Below, piece by piece: positions 38,599 to 41,778 of a stretch of DNA of 41,778 nt. A program made the position numbers and the translations under genes. The stretch is taken from positions 1 through 41,778 of the forward strand of contig JBDGSL010000035.1 in the NCBI GenBank assembly GCA_042217555.1. Direction: 5' to 3'. The notes under the pieces were generated by a model that saw nothing but the letters and a program-made list of their open reading frames with translations, had not been told where the DNA came from and ran no database searches. The stretch's first letter is position 1. Each line of letters opens with the position of its first letter. The stretch is from Candidatus Nanohalobium sp. (GTDB lineage: Archaea; Nanohalarchaeota; Nanosalinia; Nanosalinales; Nanosalinaceae).

Positions 38599-39372
38599 TC
38601 AGTCAGAGTCAACAACCTGTGTCAGTCTCTCCAGGATATTCCGTGCGTTCTCCACAGTCCTCCCACCCCTGTCAAACTCCGGCGCCACCTCCACCAGGTC
38701 AGCATGGCCCGGATGCACCTCTCTGATAACTTCGTACACCTGTTTCATAGATAGCCGGCCGTCCGGATAACCGGTACCAGGAGCTTCACCTCCTTCCAGG
38801 ACATCGATGTCCACAGTTAGATAAACAGGATGGCCGAAGTCATACTCCTCCAAGAACCCAGACACCTCGTCAGACCTGTACACCCTGAGATCATGTTCCC
38901 TCAGGAACTCCCTCTCATCTTCATCAATTCTGGTAACCCCAACAAAAACTATCTCATCCTCAGAAAAGTAGTTAAGAAGCTCCCTCACCACGACATCATG
39001 GCTTACATGGCCATCAACCTTCTCCTTCAAGTCCAGATGAGAATCAAGCCACACCAGCTTCAAGCCAGGATTTTCCTCCTTCAACGCCTTCAAAACTGGA
39101 AAACTAACTGAATGATCTCCACCGATCGAGATAACCGGTTTACCGTACTCAGTTAATCCTCCAGTATTATCGTAAATCCTGTCGTGCGTCTCCTCAAGAT
39201 CAAACTCATCGGGAAAAACTTCATCTATAAACAATGTTCTTCCAGGTTCGAACCCTTCCATTATCTCTTCTGGAGCGTTAAGCGTTCCTTTACGCGGATT
39301 GCGGTGTATACCCATGTCACAGGGAACTTTCTGGATTATTGCTTCGGCTTCTTTCGGACTATTAGTTTTCAT
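38599..39372 (-). CDS. Agmatinase/arginase (ureohydrolase) family protein
   Basis: GGDHS, DSHLD, TVDIDVL, APGTGYP, DLVEVAP. Confidence 0.9.
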   Translation of the reverse strand: MKTNSPKEAEAIIQKVPCDMGIHRNPRKGTLNAPEEIMEGFEPGRTLFIDEVFPDEFDLEETHDRIYDNTGGLTEYGKPVISIGGDHSVSFPVLKALKEENPGLKLVWLDSHLDLKEKVDGHVSHDVVVRELLNYFSEDEIVFVGVTRIDEDEREFLREHDLRVYRSDEVSGFLEEYDFGHPVYLTVDIDVLEGGEAPGTGYPDGRLSMKQVYEVIREVHPGHADLVEVAPEFDRGGRTVENARNILERLTQVVDSD

Positions 39373-39471
39373 TCTCTACCCCTGATATCTTTCAAATACA
39401 CTCACACACCCTATTTGGGGCATGCAATGCACGCCCTCCTTGCCGCTTCTCCGGAAGAGGAGAGACTTGCT

Positions 39472-39895
39472 GTCAACTACCCTGGCCTGAAGGACAGGGC
39501 TTGTGATTGAGGTGGAAACCAAATCCTATGCAAATACAACACAATTTAATTACCAGTCGGCTCGAAGAACTTGGAAACAGAACTTCTTTCCAGAGGTTCT
39601 TACTCATACGCCGCTGATTCAAAGGTCAGTTGACCGTGACCTTTGCGTTGAAAGAACAGAACAAGGTTTCAATCGTTCTGTCAACCCTCACGAGTATGCT
39701 TTTGCCTTCAACGCAGAATTTCAGGTTTTCAGATACGGAAGCGTATCTCCGAAAAGCTGTTTTCATCTGCTTCCGCAGATGTGCCTTTGTTCGGAAGCTA
39801 ACCGTTCAAACCTATTGACTGAAAACAAATACTCCGCAGAATTTAAAAAACTCAGCTCGTTTCCTCTCCAAGCTAAACCACGGAGTCTCCACGAG
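39472..39895. mobile_element. Non-autonomous IS200/IS605-like element with a hairpin-rich interior
   Basis: Left end GTCAACTACCCTGGCCTGAAGGACAGGGCTTG; degenerate right end CTCGTTTCCTCTCCAAGCTAAACCACGGAGTCTCCACGAG; no transposase or nuclease ORF. Confidence 0.6.
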
Positions 39896-39959
39896 ATAAA
39901 AGGATGAGCAGCAAACTCTACCGAGTATGCTGCGGCGTGTCGACCTGAGCGTAACGAGT

Positions 39960-40139
39960 CGGACCCAGAGGGATTTGAACCCTCGACAACGAGATATCTG
40001 TGGCGGTAAAAACTCTCCCAACATTGAAAACCATCGGAAGATGGTTTGTTGCGTTGGCGTAGCTTGAAACCACTTAGCGGTTTCTCTGCGTAACACGCCT
40101 TAGAAGTCTCGCGCTCTGTCCAGGCTGAGCTACGGGCCC
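39960..40139 (-). tRNA. tRNA-Arg(TCT) with a 105-nt intron at 37/38 (39996..40100)
   Basis: Reverse complement: GGGCCCG/TGGGTCC acceptor, CGAGA-CT-TCT-A|A-TCTCG, TTCAAAT. Confidence 0.9.
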
Positions 40140-40176
40140 TTTTCTTTCCTACTTTTACTGGTTGAGCTAATCTTTT

Positions 40177-40329
40177 TTATAGCATGTGCAGTGATGTGAC
40201 CAGTACTGAAACCATGAACCCCATGGCGATCACGGTCTTGGGATCAATCTTTATCCCTGTGTCTGCATCCATGTACTGGACAAGTCCTCCCTGACTGGAA
40301 GGCATCGAAACTTCGTTATCCTTAGCCAT
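40177..40329 (-). CDS. secG: Preprotein translocase Sec61beta/SecG
   Basis: MPSSQGGLVQYMD...IKIDPKTVI plus a C-terminal TM helix. Confidence 0.9.
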   Translation of the reverse strand: MAKDNEVSMPSSQGGLVQYMDADTGIKIDPKTVIAMGFMVSVLVTSLHML

Positions 40330-40405
40330 GAGAAAGATAGTACTTGTAAACTTCAAAAAGGTTCGAGAAAAAAAGAGAGAGGTAAGAAAAATTTGAAAAA
40401 GGAAA

Positions 40406-40846
40406 GGAGATGGCCGTAAGCCCGATTCTGTTGCTATGCCCGAAAACCTTTGCAGGTTTTCCAAGACGCCTCTTCTCAAGGAAAAGAGACGATGCTGCAT
40501 TTAACTCCATCCAGACTCAGGGTCTGGCCTTGCACCCGCTCTCTCAGGGCTTGCCACACGGTTCGAGCCACGTTTCAACGCTCCTCCAGCCTTCAAAACA
40601 CTCACCTAAAAACAGTTCATTGCTCCAGCCGGAGACGTGTCGTTTCTGATGCCCATGCCTCTCACTACACCGCTATTACACCGGTTTGTGCTTGAGGCCC
40701 GTTCCTCTCGGAAGACAGGTATTTCACCTGCTCCGCATATGTCCATCTGTGGGGTGGTCGGGACTTTCACTCACTCGGCGTTCTCACAGAATGCCGTGTA
40801 AAGCAAATCTGTGATTTGCGCCAGCGATGACAGCCACACCATCTCC
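40406..40846 (-). ncRNA. rnpB: RNase P RNA
   Basis: P1 GGAGATGG/CCATCTCC; P4 strands GAGTGAAAGTCCCG and AACAGAATCGGGCTTAC; CAGAAAC and GGTGCAAG motifs. Confidence 0.9.
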
Positions 40847-40902
40847 AAAGGTAAAATTACAATGAACGGAAAAATTTTTGAGCATAGGGATATGAAGAAC
40901 TA

Positions 40903-41373
40903 CTAAATCTCAATGTCTCCCTCAAATCTAACCTCAAGAGGGTTACTGCCAAGATTAAATATTTCTACTCTGTCATTAGATGGAATTATTGCAACATCAA
41001 AGCGAGACACAGTTCTACCTGCTTCCTCGCCACAATCCCTTCTCTCAAGTCCAGAATTAGTGACTTTGTAATATACAAGCTCTTTGTCGGTCCCAGGCTC
41101 TCTACCTATAATGTAAGCGCTTCCCTGAAGAGAAGGCTTCATTTTGCCTATAAACATTAACTTCTTTCCTCCTGGACTCTCTATGTATTTGCCTGAATAA
41201 CTCTTGCCAATCTCAAAGTGATCTCCAAGATGAATATCTACGCCCCCATTATTATCCAGATTTTGAAGGGCAGATTTGACTTTTTCGTCATCATGTTCCT
41301 GTTCATACTCTATTTTCTCAAGGCTGTCACGTATCAAGTTACGAACCTCCTGATTGGCATTGACTCGCTTCAT
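40903..41373 (-). CDS. Hypothetical protein with a degenerate FHA-like C-terminal domain
   Basis: YIIGREP ... TVSRFDVAI ... IFNLGSNP resemble the FHA GR, SRxH and DLGS motifs. Confidence 0.55.
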   Translation of the reverse strand: MKRVNANQEVRNLIRDSLEKIEYEQEHDDEKVKSALQNLDNNGGVDIHLGDHFEIGKSYSGKYIESPGGKKLMFIGKMKPSLQGSAYIIGREPGTDKELVYYKVTNSGLERRDCGEEAGRTVSRFDVAIIPSNDRVEIFNLGSNPLEVRFEGDIEI

Positions 41374-41534
41374 ACGTTAGTATAATTTTCTCTGGTATAT
41401 AAAAACAAGAATTCTGTAGAAGCTAAAGTGGTGAAAATATAGTAGGGTTCGAACACAGAGTGACGGTTCTATCCGGACACCAAAGTATGCTTGAACTGTT
41501 TTTAGAATAGAGCTCAAGCTGGTGTCTTCCACCG

Positions 41535-41778
41535 GATTAGAACCCGCGGTTAGTAGTGGTCGGCTGAAAGTCTCGTTGCCTTGACTCTTACACCGCCACT
41601 CTATCAACTTGTCTTGTATAAGAGCGGATGCGGTCTCTTTTTGAGGAGGCTTTCAAGCTTAGATGCTTTCAGCTCTTACACCTGTGAGGCGTGGCTACTC
41701 CGCATTCACCCTTTCGGATGACGGATACACCAGAGGCCTCAGTTCGGGGTTCCTTTCGTACTGTCCGAACTTTCCTCT
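41535..41778 (-). rRNA. rrl: 23S rRNA, 3' end (partial; exact end approximate)
   Basis: Sarcin-ricin loop AGTACGAAAGGAAC, CCTCTGGTGTA, GCTGAAAGCATCTAAG, GTTGATAG...GGTGTAAG, TACTAA. Confidence 0.97.

Noticed and set aside
39503..40096. ORFs 39503..39907, 39630..39818 and 39812..40096
   Set aside because: No TnpA/TnpB/IscB motifs and non-halophilic composition; they overlap structured RNA or the tRNA.
40322..40695. ORFs over the RNase P RNA, including the Sec61beta 5' extension
   Set aside because: They overlap a well-supported rnpB.
41377..41607. 76-aa ORF
   Set aside because: Overlaps the 23S rRNA 3' end.

Overview
Archaeal chromosome segment. The strongly acidic cytoplasmic proteins, compact gene packing and archaeal information genes point to a halophilic DPANN archaeon, probably Nanohaloarchaeota (inference). 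From left to right it holds: (1) a type IV pilus/Tad-like locus (intein-bearing ATPase C-terminus, TadC/FlaJ-like membrane platform, about 13 pilin-like genes, several missing from the ORF track), interrupted by an inverted haloarchaeal-style Tat lipoprotein; (2) alba, gpmI, two acidic coiled-coil proteins, fen1 and ef1b; (3) tRNA-Arg(GCG) with a 2.2-kb integrase-less island bounded by att-like repeats (palindrome array, AlbA_2/Schlafen-RecG_C-wHTH protein, frameshifted AbrB-like gene); (4) nmd3, an unassigned ~320-nt structured RNA candidate, and the eIF1A-RIO1-KH-top6B(intein)-top6A cluster; (5) a 2.9-kb transposon with a SWIM-DDE transposase, 5-bp target duplication, multiple end repeats and cargo; (6) tRNA-Asn, OsmC, aldo/keto reductase, deoxyhypusine synthase, tRNA-Phe with a partial duplicate, argS and agmatinase; (7) a hairpin-rich non-coding element between IS200/IS605-like ends, tRNA-Arg(TCT), Sec61beta, RNase P RNA and the 23S rRNA 3' end. 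The most unusual signals are apparently homologous long structured introns in three different tRNAs, two unassigned structured RNAs, and A/C-to-G/T strand skews converging on variable cassettes. All calls were made by eye, without database searches.
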